A stretch of DNA of 64,000 nt from an uncultured bacterium. Its GTDB lineage: Bacteria; Acidobacteriota; HRBIN11; JAKEFK01. This document shows positions 53,493-62,855 of the stretch, in pieces (positions within the stretch are counted from its first letter, which is position 1; the number at the start of each line of letters is the position of its first letter). Under the pieces are notes generated by a model. That model was not told the origin of the DNA. It worked only from the letters and a program-made list of their open reading frames with translations, and did no database searches. The stretch spans positions 32,001-96,000 of the forward strand of contig CAVZQN010000003.1 of assembly GCA_963777505.1 (NCBI GenBank), read 5' to 3'. The translations under genes were made by a program, and so were the position numbers.

Positions 53493-55250
53493 TTATTGTC
53501 GCGGGATAACAGGTAAGATCAAACGGGAAGGATGATTCTTGCCGAAATGGATTGTCTGTGTCGCAGGTTGAAGTTTTGATTCCGTCGCAATTTCAGTTCC
53601 TGTATTTGGATTCGGATCATAGTGTGGAGCTTTGCTGCTTGTAATCAGAAAGCGAATGCGGTGTCCTTTCTGGAACAAATTTGATGTATACATCTGGCCG
53701 ATCCGTATCTTATAAACTTCACCCGGTTTCATAAGCTCCTGTTTTTCGAATCCATTGCGATAACGCATTCGAAGAAAGCCAGAATCAAATCCATGAACAT
53801 TAATTGATTTGCCGTCCGGATGGACGTCGGTGACGTTGATCGCAAAATCAGTATCAGGCGCTGAACTGCTGACAAAAAGTTCGGCAGCAACTTCACCGGT
53901 GATTTCAACATCTTCAGTTAATGGCTCAGTTGTATATACAAGCACATCGCTTCTACTTTCAATAGATTTTTGATCGTAGGGCACCGTGTTTTCAAAGTGA
54001 ACATCCCAAACGGGATTTTGTGGATCAAAAGTGTATTGCGATGAACTGTCGTTTTCAGGCGTTTTGGCTATCAACGTTCCTGCTTTTCTATCGCCGCCAA
54101 TGTAGTAAGAAGTTTGAACTGCGCGAGAAAGCGGCCACTCCGACTCTGATCTCCATCGGTTCTCGCCCATAATGAAGATGCTGACAGGTTTCGAATCGCT
54201 GACACACATTTCTCTTAATTCGCAGTCAAAGAATCGGAGATGTTCGTCTTCAAAATCTACACCGGCAGATGGACCGAAGTCTACTTCACCAAACTCTCTT
54301 TTCGAAAGTGTTGGTATCGTATGATTCCATGGACCTAAGATCAATCGCGAATGGGTTCGCGCAATTTCGCTGCCTGCATCTTTGCGCATCCGATTGAAGC
54401 CTTCCGTTGCGCCAATTAATCCATATACAGAATCGTACCAGCCACTGCTTAAAAAGACGGGAGCTTTCATCTTTGAAATTTCATGATCTACGGAAACAAA
54501 ATCCCACCATTCGCTTTTGTCAGGATGAGTCAGCCAGCCATAATACTCAGGTGCATATTTTTTTAACAATGGCATATCAGCAAGCGGACGATACTTATAC
54601 CAGCTTCGTTTTTCTTTATTCCACGACTCTTCCGCTTCCCCTGAATCCCATGTTCCCGTTTTGTCGTTTGCCCGTTTTCTTTTATCCGGAAAAATGTTTG
54701 TTATAAACCAGTCATACCAGGGAAGCGAAAACCCTCCGCCTACATAAAAAAAATGATGACTGCTGATCGGAGTATTGTGCGGTGCTGCCGCTTTTAAATG
54801 CGGTGGATCTTGCGAAAGTGCAAGCCACTGGACAATTCCCCGGTACGATATTCCAAATGTGCCGACTTTGCCGTTGCAATATGGAGACGTGCCGATCCAT
54901 TCAATGACATCGTAGCCATCTTTTTTCTCATTGTGGTACGCACGAAACTCGCCTTCACTCGTGAATCGACCTCTAACATCAACAAGAAATACGATGTAGC
55001 CATTTTTTGCTGCTCTTAAAGGAAACGTAAGTCTCGAATCATACGCATCTTTACCGTACGGTGTTCGTATAACAAGTGCAGGATATTTCCCCTCTTTCAC
55101 AGGACGATAGAGCGTGGCTCCAAGATTGACTCCATCACGCAGCGGGATTCTAATTTCTTCCCGAACGATATTTTGATTTTCGTATTCGTATGCGCTTAAG
55201 AATGGAGTTACTAAAACGATCAGGAAAACGGCTACGCGGAGTTTTTTCAT
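53493..55250 (-). CDS. CocE/NonD family serine hydrolase (start reassigned to MKKLRVAV)
   Basis: 'RTPY','DVRGR..SEG','GISY.G','GWYD','GPWNH'. Confidence 0.92.
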   Translation of the reverse strand: MKKLRVAVFLIVLVTPFLSAYEYENQNIVREEIRIPLRDGVNLGATLYRPVKEGKYPALVIRTPYGKDAYDSRLTFPLRAAKNGYIVFLVDVRGRFTSEGEFRAYHNEKKDGYDVIEWIGTSPYCNGKVGTFGISYRGIVQWLALSQDPPHLKAAAPHNTPISSHHFFYVGGGFSLPWYDWFITNIFPDKRKRANDKTGTWDSGEAEESWNKEKRSWYKYRPLADMPLLKKYAPEYYGWLTHPDKSEWWDFVSVDHEISKMKAPVFLSSGWYDSVYGLIGATEGFNRMRKDAGSEIARTHSRLILGPWNHTIPTLSKREFGEVDFGPSAGVDFEDEHLRFFDCELREMCVSDSKPVSIFIMGENRWRSESEWPLSRAVQTSYYIGGDRKAGTLIAKTPENDSSSQYTFDPQNPVWDVHFENTVPYDQKSIESRSDVLVYTTEPLTEDVEITGEVAAELFVSSSAPDTDFAINVTDVHPDGKSINVHGFDSGFLRMRYRNGFEKQELMKPGEVYKIRIGQMYTSNLFQKGHRIRFLITSSKAPHYDPNPNTGTEIATESKLQPATQTIHFGKNHPSRLILPVIPRQ

Positions 55251-55321
55251 ATAGAAAGGGGTTGCTGGCAAATGCATTGTATTCAAAGATGTATTGCTCT
55301 TCAAGAGACACCGGGAATTTT

Positions 55322-55400
55322 GTAGTGCGGCTGGCATCCTGCCGGCTCGTAATAGAAGAGGAAAAGTACGAATAACGAATAGCGAACTCCGAATTACGAA
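55322..55400. repeat. REP-like palindrome plus acgaat(a) heptamer run
   Basis: gtagtgcggctggcatcctgccggct; acgaataacgaatagcgaactccgaattacgaa. Confidence 0.6.
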
Positions 55401-55495
55401 GAGATTCCAGTCAACAGAATCAGAACTAAGTTCCATTTGCGCCGGTTTCATAACAGTGCTGTATGGGATAGAATCCAAGGACGGAGTTTTTCATC

Positions 55496-56044
55496 ATGGC
55501 TGATCAAGATCATTTGATTTTAATTGCAGTCGGACCGGATAAAGTTGGATTGGTTCAAAAGATTTCGGAATTTATTGTGAATCACGGCGGCAATATTGAA
55601 GACAGCAGAATGGCAGTTCTAGCAGGAGAGTTCGCTCAGATTTTGCTCATTACAGGTGAGGAAGAAAACCTGCAGAAAATCTCAAAAGCTACATCCCATC
55701 TCGGTAAGGAAACAGGACTTACAGTCTGGCTAAAAGAGCCTTCAGGTAAAAAGGCTTTGAGACCATCACTTCCGTATCGGCTTGTTGCTTCGTGTATGGA
55801 TCATCCCGGAGTTGTTTACAGGATTACTTCCACATTAAGTCAGTTTGAAGCCAACATCGAATCGATGGAAACACAGACATATCCAGCACCGGTCACAGGT
55901 GTGCCGATGTTCCGTCTGGAAGCGATTGTAACAATTCCTGCGGGTCAGCAAAGAAAGGGTGTACGCGAAGCGCTTTCAGCAATTGAACACGAAGAAAATA
56001 TCGATCTTGAATTTGATCCTGTCACCGACTCCTCAATCTCCTGA
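55496..56044 (+). CDS. GcvR-like double-ACT-domain protein
   Basis: 'GPDKVGLV...NIEDSRM..LAGEF','DHPGVV...NIESM'. Confidence 0.85.
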   Translation: MADQDHLILIAVGPDKVGLVQKISEFIVNHGGNIEDSRMAVLAGEFAQILLITGEEENLQKISKATSHLGKETGLTVWLKEPSGKKALRPSLPYRLVASCMDHPGVVYRITSTLSQFEANIESMETQTYPAPVTGVPMFRLEAIVTIPAGQQRKGVREALSAIEHEENIDLEFDPVTDSSIS

Positions 56045-56599
56045 ATTAACTTTGCGACTTTGTGGTGAAATCTTTTCCGGGAATCGCTTCGCAAGATAAT
56101 AATTCAGTAGAAAAAGTCCTAATGCAGATTCGGCCATTATAAATAACCAGAATTGCCAGTAGTTTGAAAACAATTGTTCCCATTGCATGTAAGGTGCAAA
56201 TGCAACGTTGATGTTGAGTTCTGCAGGCGTAATCCACCGGCTAATTTGCTGAATTATAATTCCGTAAATCAGTGCAGGAATCCATACCATTTTGTTCATT
56301 CCGACTCGTGGCAAACAGATTAAGCCGACTATGAGTGCTCCGATGTGCGAAAGGATACTAGTCAACGGCCAATCTCCATACATCCACGATTCAATCGCCC
56401 ACAATGGCAGCGCAGGGATTAGCCACAAAATTCCTATTTGAGTTAACAACTTCCACCCGCTCAGAATTCCCACTGCAAGCAGCAAGTTATTCAGATTACA
56501 AAGCCATAAAATGTAAGCTGGATAACCTTCATTAGCATGATGAATAAGATGAGCGAGGAAGAAACAAAGCGGAATTATGCCGATCAACCGGTACAGCAT
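56033..56599 (-). CDS. Integral membrane hypothetical protein
   Basis: Five or six TM helices, 'LWLCN','SH','NINVA'; TACAAT 7 nt before ATG. Confidence 0.7.
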   Translation of the reverse strand: MLYRLIGIIPLCFFLAHLIHHANEGYPAYILWLCNLNNLLLAVGILSGWKLLTQIGILWLIPALPLWAIESWMYGDWPLTSILSHIGALIVGLICLPRVGMNKMVWIPALIYGIIIQQISRWITPAELNINVAFAPYMQWEQLFSNYWQFWLFIMAESALGLFLLNYYLAKRFPEKISPQSRKVNSGD

Positions 56600-56652
56600 T
56601 GATGCAATTGTAGAGGTACAACCTGAACTCGCAAAGTGGTTATAATGAGTCT

Positions 56653-57975
56653 ATGCGAACCAATATTGCCCGGCCAGATGTCTATTTAATGCGTTATGCA
56701 ATCCGAGAAATTGTCGATGTAATGCAAAAGCTTTCCGAAATTGATCCTGAGTATCGTTTTGTCCGTGAAAACATTGGTGATCCGATCGTGAAAGGCTGGC
56801 CTGTACCTGATTTTGTCAAAGATGCCCTGATAGAGGAAATTCAACGAAAAGATAATGCCGTATTCGGTTACAGTCATTCCAGGGGAAATCCAGCGGTGCG
56901 AAAATGGATAGTCGAATATGCGAAACGATTCTCCCCCAATTGTGTGCTCGATTACGAAAATGTTCTATTTACAAATGGACTCGGTTCTGCAATTACGGCT
57001 CTGTATCACATGCTTCCGCGTGGCGCACGCATTCTTCAACCTGCGCCTTGTTATCCTTCACATGCTTCAATGGAATCGTTTGCAGCTGGCGATGAACCCC
57101 TTTTATATAACTTAAGTTCTGCAAATGGATGGCAGCCTGATCTGGATCATATGGAAAAGCAGATCAAGACACATCCTGAGATCGCCGGAATTCTTGTCAT
57201 CAATCCTAATAATCCGACTGGCGCTGTTTATAGCCGCGAAGTCCTTGAAAAAATCGTCCACATTGCTGAAGCAAATCAGCTTGTTGTGATTTCAGATGAA
57301 ATCTATTTCCGTATGATTTACAACGGGAAAAAACATGAGCATTTAAGTGAACTGGCTGCAGGACGCATTCCATTGGTTATTCTAAAAGGGCTTTCAAAGG
57401 ATGTTCCCTGGCCTGGAAGCCGTTGCGGATGGATTGAATTTCATAATACCGATATTGATCCGACATATCGTGCGTATACTGAGGCCGTTAAAAAGCGGAT
57501 CCTTCTGGAAGTTTGTTCCACAACAATGCCGCAAATGGTGATTCCGAAGATTTATGATCATCCGAAGTATGAAGGATGGTTGCAACAAAACAATGCAGCG
57601 CTTCAAGCAAATGGAAATCGGATTGCAGAACTTCTTTCAAATGCACCAGGCCTGAATGTTCATCACCCAGATGGCGCTTTTTATATGATGCCGCTTTTTA
57701 AGAATGGAGTTCTAAATCAACGCCAAACTTTGCCGATCAGGAATCCAAAAGCTCGCGCATTTATTGAATCAGAACTTTCAAAAGGTGAAATTCCTGTGGA
57801 TAAGCGCTTCACTTATTATTTGTTAGCATCAACAGGAATTTGTATGGTGCCTGCTTCAGGCTTTAACTGCTCTGAATCAGGATTCCGTTTAACCACTTTG
57901 GAACGGAATCCTGAACTTCGAGATGATACCTATAGCCGTGTTTCCAAGGCCATTGCTGAATACATCAATTCCTGA
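56653..57975 (+). CDS. PLP-dependent aminotransferase class I/II (AlaA-like)
   Basis: 'ENIGDP','INPNNPTGAVY','SDEIY','GLSK...PG.R.GW'. Confidence 0.9.
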   Translation: MRTNIARPDVYLMRYAIREIVDVMQKLSEIDPEYRFVRENIGDPIVKGWPVPDFVKDALIEEIQRKDNAVFGYSHSRGNPAVRKWIVEYAKRFSPNCVLDYENVLFTNGLGSAITALYHMLPRGARILQPAPCYPSHASMESFAAGDEPLLYNLSSANGWQPDLDHMEKQIKTHPEIAGILVINPNNPTGAVYSREVLEKIVHIAEANQLVVISDEIYFRMIYNGKKHEHLSELAAGRIPLVILKGLSKDVPWPGSRCGWIEFHNTDIDPTYRAYTEAVKKRILLEVCSTTMPQMVIPKIYDHPKYEGWLQQNNAALQANGNRIAELLSNAPGLNVHHPDGAFYMMPLFKNGVLNQRQTLPIRNPKARAFIESELSKGEIPVDKRFTYYLLASTGICMVPASGFNCSESGFRLTTLERNPELRDDTYSRVSKAIAEYINS

Positions 57976-57992
57976 ACTTCAAAGCGCAAAGA

Positions 57993-60380
57993 TTAATTCG
58001 CACCTTCTGTGAATGTGACTTTGCGATTTCCTGCGACATCGTTGTGAGCTTCCTGTCTACCGCTAGGCCAGATGATAATAATGTTCGCTGTAGTTGAAGC
58101 CCCAAGTCCAAATTCCAGAGGCAATGTATCCTGGCTATTTCCATTTCCAGCAGTAACAACAGCAGCTTGCAGGATAATACCTGTCCGCACAATCACTTTG
58201 GCTCCAATTGCTGAACGATTACTTGTGGTGCCTTGAAGTGTGATTGTGATCCAATTGTTGCCGCCGCCTCCTAAATTCTGAAACACTGAATCGCCGCTAT
58301 CCGCTCCACCATCGCTATCGCCGATAGCAACATCCGAATCTCCGTCGTTGTCAGTGTCTCCGGAACCTGATGAAGTAGGATCATCGGCATTACTAAGATC
58401 AACGTTTGTAATCCGATTAAATCTGCCTCCACCAACGTTGCTAAATAGCAGATTACCGCCTGCAGATTGAGTGATAATTACGTCGAGATCGCCGTCATGA
58501 TCATAATCGGAGAAGGTTGCAGCACGCCCCTTCTTGGGTCCGGTCAGTCCTGCTGCACCTGCAACATTTTGAAATTTACCATTTCCCTGATTCCTGAACA
58601 TGAGTGATGGACCATTGTTATTTACAACAAACAAATCAACGTCTTCATCTCCATCATAATCAATTGCAGCAGCGTGCTGAGAAGCTCCGGAAAATCCAAC
58701 CCCTGCAGAGGCTGTTGCATCGCGAAATGTTTCATTTCCATTGTTGAGATACAGTTTGTTCGGCTTTTGGAAATTCACAACATACAAATCCTGGAATCCA
58801 TCATTGTTAAAGTCGGCCGATACGGCTCCTCTGCCGGGCCCGGTAAAATTGACGTGCGCTGCGTTTGCAACGTTAACGAATTGGAATGCTCCAACATTTT
58901 TGAAGAGCTGATTTGGCGCACCTTCTTTTACAACGAAGATATCGAGCCGGCTATCATTATTAAAATCAAACCAGATTCCGCCGCGAGATTTGGGAGTGTT
59001 ATCGGTTGCAAAAATACCAAGCGATCCGCCTTGATTTGCAAATACACCATTATTGTTTTTCAAAACAGCCGATGGGGCGTTGAAATTCGCAATAAATGCA
59101 TCGAGATCTCCGTCATTATCAACATCAGCCCATGAGACTCCACGTGCATCTGCGCCATTATTTCCAAGCTTGTTTTGATTTGTGGAATTCGCAAACACAG
59201 CACCGCCTGTGTTTTTGCACATTAAATTTCCGTCAAAGCCTGTTAAATAGAGATCTTCTTTGCCATCTTTATCAAAATCGATCAATTGAATTGCGCTTGT
59301 TTTGTTGGGATTGCCAATGATTTTGGAGCGCAAAGTACGGTCCGCAAAACCAAACGCGCCTTTTTGTGCAGAAGCTAAAATCGTAATTTGAAGTCTAGCT
59401 TCGTCCGGATCATTGCTGTTGATGATGTACTTCTTATTTATGTTGCCCACAATGTCTGCGATGAACTTAAGAGCAACCGTCGCATTTTTACCAGGTTGAA
59501 TTCTTAGATTTGAAGGCGTCGATGTTAAGAATGCGTCGGAAGGCATCGTAACTTGAAGTTCTGTTCGACCGGTGTTTGAAACTGTAATGTTTTGAGTTTT
59601 GAAAGTTCCGGCATCCATCGTCCCATAAGGAATTGTCGCGGGTGAAACTGAAATATCAGGATTTCCTGCTGATCCCGATCCGGACACAGAAACCGAACCT
59701 ACAGTTTGAGAACCTACTTTAACTGATAAAGTACCGTTGAATGATCCTGATCTATTTGGTCTGAATGCAACAGCCACACTTACTTCGGAACCCGCGCCCA
59801 GGTTTCTAGGAAATGAAGGTGAAGTTACATCAAATGCACTGTTGTTGCTGCTGACATCACTAATTGAGACCGCAGATGAACCGTTATTTTCAATCGTAAA
59901 ATTTTCTGTAGAAGATGATCCGACACTCACCTCACCGAAATTGATTGAGCCAGGACGTACATCGATGTCTTCACCGCCCCCGCCTCCTTCAATGCCTCTG
60001 CCGGCAACATCGATATCGACATTTCCACCGGATGTTTTTACACGGATTCTGGAAGAGAACGGAATTGCTTGATTCGGAGTGAATCGAACCTGAATTATTC
60101 TACTTTCGCCACTATCAAGACAGAAAGGCGAATCGTTATTTAGAATTTCAAATCGACCATTGAGCGAAACGAGTTCAACATTCATTTCAACTTCTGGATC
60201 GACATTTTTTACCTCGAAGGTCTGTATATCACTTGAGGTGCCGACTTCAACTTCACCAAAGTTCAAAGATAGAGGCTTAACCGATGGTGAGCCTGATACA
60301 TCGATACAGGGCTGGGATGAAACTATTGGGCTATATAAAATGGCGAGAAATAGAATAACAAGAGCAAGACTTCGTCTCAT
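57993..60380 (-). CDS. Secreted protein: three choice-of-anchor-D/ASH Ig-like domains + FG-GAP/VCBS propeller + ASPIC/UnbV (CRTAC1-like)
   Basis: GGAGG RBS at MRRSLALV; 'LNFGEV..','INFGEV..','NDPDE'; D.D.DG..D repeats; 'NRSAIGAKV...FGLG...WPSG'. Confidence 0.88.
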   Translation of the reverse strand: MRRSLALVILFLAILYSPIVSSQPCIDVSGSPSVKPLSLNFGEVEVGTSSDIQTFEVKNVDPEVEMNVELVSLNGRFEILNNDSPFCLDSGESRIIQVRFTPNQAIPFSSRIRVKTSGGNVDIDVAGRGIEGGGGGEDIDVRPGSINFGEVSVGSSSTENFTIENNGSSAVSISDVSSNNSAFDVTSPSFPRNLGAGSEVSVAVAFRPNRSGSFNGTLSVKVGSQTVGSVSVSGSGSAGNPDISVSPATIPYGTMDAGTFKTQNITVSNTGRTELQVTMPSDAFLTSTPSNLRIQPGKNATVALKFIADIVGNINKKYIINSNDPDEARLQITILASAQKGAFGFADRTLRSKIIGNPNKTSAIQLIDFDKDGKEDLYLTGFDGNLMCKNTGGAVFANSTNQNKLGNNGADARGVSWADVDNDGDLDAFIANFNAPSAVLKNNNGVFANQGGSLGIFATDNTPKSRGGIWFDFNNDSRLDIFVVKEGAPNQLFKNVGAFQFVNVANAAHVNFTGPGRGAVSADFNNDGFQDLYVVNFQKPNKLYLNNGNETFRDATASAGVGFSGASQHAAAIDYDGDEDVDLFVVNNNGPSLMFRNQGNGKFQNVAGAAGLTGPKKGRAATFSDYDHDGDLDVIITQSAGGNLLFSNVGGGRFNRITNVDLSNADDPTSSGSGDTDNDGDSDVAIGDSDGGADSGDSVFQNLGGGGNNWITITLQGTTSNRSAIGAKVIVRTGIILQAAVVTAGNGNSQDTLPLEFGLGASTTANIIIIWPSGRQEAHNDVAGNRKVTFTEGAN

Positions 60381-60453
60381 AGTGATCCTCCACGCGGTAA
60401 TTCCTATTCTATCAGCTATTATTCCAATCAGATTATCGTAAAATGCGGTAGTA

Positions 60454-61586
60454 ATGTTGCGTAAAAACTTCTTAGTAACTGTATTTCTTCTTGTAACCTG
60501 CTCTGTAGCCATCGCTTCCTCCTCGCTAGACGACTTTATAACAGCCAAAATGACTGAGGGCAGAATGCCCGGTATCTCCATCGCAATTATCAAAGACGGA
60601 CGAATAGCACTGGTGAACGGATATGGATGGGCTGACATATCACAACAGATTCGTGTTACTCCGGATACGATTTTCATAATGGCGTCAGTTTCGAAAACAA
60701 TTACAGGAACCGCTTTGATGCAGCTTTATGAACAAGGACGCTTACGTCTGGATGAAGACATTAATCGCTATCTTCCGTATCAGGTTCGGAATCCTAGGTT
60801 CAAAACTGTACCAATTACGACACGGCAATTGTTGAGTCATGTTTCTGGAATTCGTGATCGATATGCGGTTTACGATCGTGTGTATTCGATCGGAGATTCG
60901 CCGATTCCACTTGGCGATTTTTTACGAGACTATTTTGTGCCCGGAAGGAAATTTTTTCGGCCATCTAACTTTTATAATTTTGCGCCGGCTAAAAGTTATC
61001 AATACTCCAATATTGGTTCAGCATTGTCAGGTTATGTGGCAGAACGTATCAGCGGAATTGATTTCGGGGAATATTGCAAACAAAACATTTTTAAACCTTT
61101 GAAAATGAATCATTCGGGATGGTATCTGCGCGATGTTCCTGCATCACGTTTAGCTTCGCTTTACGATATTGATTCAAATGGCAGTTTTTTAAACTGCAAC
61201 AGTATGGATATCCTGATTATCCAAACTATCAACTTAGAACAAGCGCGCGTGAACTCTCACGATTTTTGATCGCTCATATGCAGTTTGGTAAGTACGGCAA
61301 TGCAAGAATTCTGAAGCCTGCCACAGTGCGCGAGATGAGAAGAATTCAGTTTCCGGAAGTGGATTCTGCGCAGGGACTCGCGTTTTATTATTACTACGAC
61401 TCCGATGGTTCTGTTTATTTGGGACACAGCGGAATCACCGATGGAACAACAACAGAAATGTGGTTCCGGCCTTCGGATCGTGTTGGCATCATTATGATGA
61501 CCAATCGATGGCTTTATACAACGCAGGAAAATCGTGCGTGGAATGACATCTTCTTCCGTTTAGCTGACGAAGCCAGCTTACTTTAA
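60454..61586 (+). CDS. Serine hydrolase, beta-lactamase class C/PBP-like family (frameshift near 61190)
   Basis: SxxK 'SVSK', 'LLSHVSG', YxN 'YSN', 'GHSG'. Confidence 0.88.
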
Positions 61587-61591
61587 CCACA

Positions 61592-61644
61592 AGGGACCGC
61601 AGGCTTCCATGCGATCCTAATGCCGACAAGATGTCCGCGCTCCT
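61592..61644. repeat. REP-like inverted repeat between convergent genes
   Basis: agggaccgcaggc...gatgtccgcgctcct. Confidence 0.5.
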
Positions 61645-62102
61645 TATTCTTTTAATTTCTCCAGAACTTTTTCGGTATGCCCATCGACTTTTACTTTTGG
61701 AAAGATGTGTGCAATTTTTCCTTCTTCATCGATTATGAATGTCGTGCGTTCAACACCCATCATCTTTTTGCCATACATATTCTTTTCTTTCCAAACATCA
61801 TACTTTTGAATCGTCTCGCGATCGGGATCACTCAACAGTGGAAAGTTTAATTTGTATTTGGTTTTGAATTTTTGATGTGATGGAACGGAGTCCGCACTGA
61901 CTCCCAGTACCACTGCACCTGCTTTGCGCAAGGCACTCGAATTTTCTGTAAAACTGCACGCTTCTTTTGTACAGCCGGGAGTATCATCCTTGGGGTAGAA
62001 ATACAGTACGACTTTTTTCCCAGCAAAATCTTTTAAAGTGATATTTTTCCCTTCATCCGACTGAAGTGAAAATGATGGAGCTTTTGATCCAACTTTTAAC
62101 AT
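61644..62102 (-). CDS. bcp: Thioredoxin-dependent peroxiredoxin BCP
   Basis: '[16 protein letters not shown]','ERTTFIID'. Confidence 0.95.
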   Translation of the reverse strand: MLKVGSKAPSFSLQSDEGKNITLKDFAGKKVVLYFYPKDDTPGCTKEACSFTENSSALRKAGAVVLGVSADSVPSHQKFKTKYKLNFPLLSDPDRETIQKYDVWKEKNMYGKKMMGVERTTFIIDEEGKIAHIFPKVKVDGHTEKVLEKLKE

Positions 62103-62141
62103 ATTTTTGTTCCTTTGTTTTTGATTTTTGATCTTTCATTT

Positions 62142-62705
62142 TTAATTTTTGATTGTGTCTGACTTGTATACATAAATCTTTGTTTTGTTTAAATCATTAA
62201 CAGGTACAACTTTTGTTGGTTTCCAATCTGGAAATGTAAACGTGTTGCTTAAAATCCACACACCTGGTTTTAATTCCGTTTCGAGTTTTGACTTCAAGTT
62301 TCGCATTCCATTCCTATACAAATACACAACCACTGAAGATGCATCAACAACTGATGTTTTCAAAATGTCTTCCCGGCGAAAACTAAGATTCGGAATTCTA
62401 TACAGCATCCTCAAGAAACGCGAAATCCAAAATGGCACGGGTGAAGATTCAACACCGATTACGGCAGAATTTGGGAAACGTTTTGCGATCGCAATAGCCA
62501 GGGTTCCCAAGCCTGAGCCAAGGTCAAATATAAGACGTCCAGGGTCATCTGGTAGATTCTGCAGAATGCATCTGGATTGAAGTCTGCTTGTTGGCATGGG
62601 CACGATTCCATTTTTAATCGACCAGATCATGACAGAGAGGAGGATTCCCACTGGTACAAGAATGCCCAGCAGCCGAAAAAGAACCATGCCATCCAACAAC
62701 ATCAT
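62142..62705 (-). CDS. Class I SAM-dependent methyltransferase with N-terminal TM helix
   Basis: 'GIVPMPT','DLGSGLG','VYL','SNTF'. Confidence 0.82.
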   Translation of the reverse strand: MMLLDGMVLFRLLGILVPVGILLSVMIWSIKNGIVPMPTSRLQSRCILQNLPDDPGRLIFDLGSGLGTLAIAIAKRFPNSAVIGVESSPVPFWISRFLRMLYRIPNLSFRREDILKTSVVDASSVVVYLYRNGMRNLKSKLETELKPGVWILSNTFTFPDWKPTKVVPVNDLNKTKIYVYKSDTIKN

Positions 62706-62855
62706 ATTTTCCTTCGAGATTCCTTTGACTCGGCGAATTCGGCTTAAAAAATCACTAGTTTGCCTGCAAGAATCGGACTTTTTTTGTCCTTGTGTGAGTT
62801 TACTATCAGACGTGTTGCAGAGAAATAATCTCACGCGATAATTAGGAGGTAGGAA

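Noticed and set aside
55251-55478. N-terminal extension of CocE/NonD in the ORF track
   Set aside because: It translates REP and heptamer repeats (LFVIRSSLFVIR); the signal peptide starts at 55250.
60381-60677. Apparent long overlap of the CRTAC-like ORF with the serine hydrolase
   Set aside because: The real start is 60380 (RBS plus signal peptide); the extension is an antisense open frame.
2637-61586. Many split genes (TBDR, both sulfatase-TPRs, TPR, ADOP, AI-2E, NTF2-like, serine hydrolase) as pseudogenes, phase variation or programmed frameshifts
   Set aside because: The breaks are scattered single-base shifts, often at short homopolymers, in unrelated genes with intact motifs and no obvious decay. 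This is typical of uncorrected long-read errors; read polishing would settle it.
60454-61586. Antibiotic-resistance beta-lactamase
   Set aside because: SxxK/YxN/HxG motifs are shared by many non-resistance esterases and peptidases; there is no specific evidence.
62760-62785. Possible Ada-box (gcaagaatcggac) upstream of ada
   Set aside because: It does not match the E. coli Ada box and occurs once, so it cannot be supported without comparative data.
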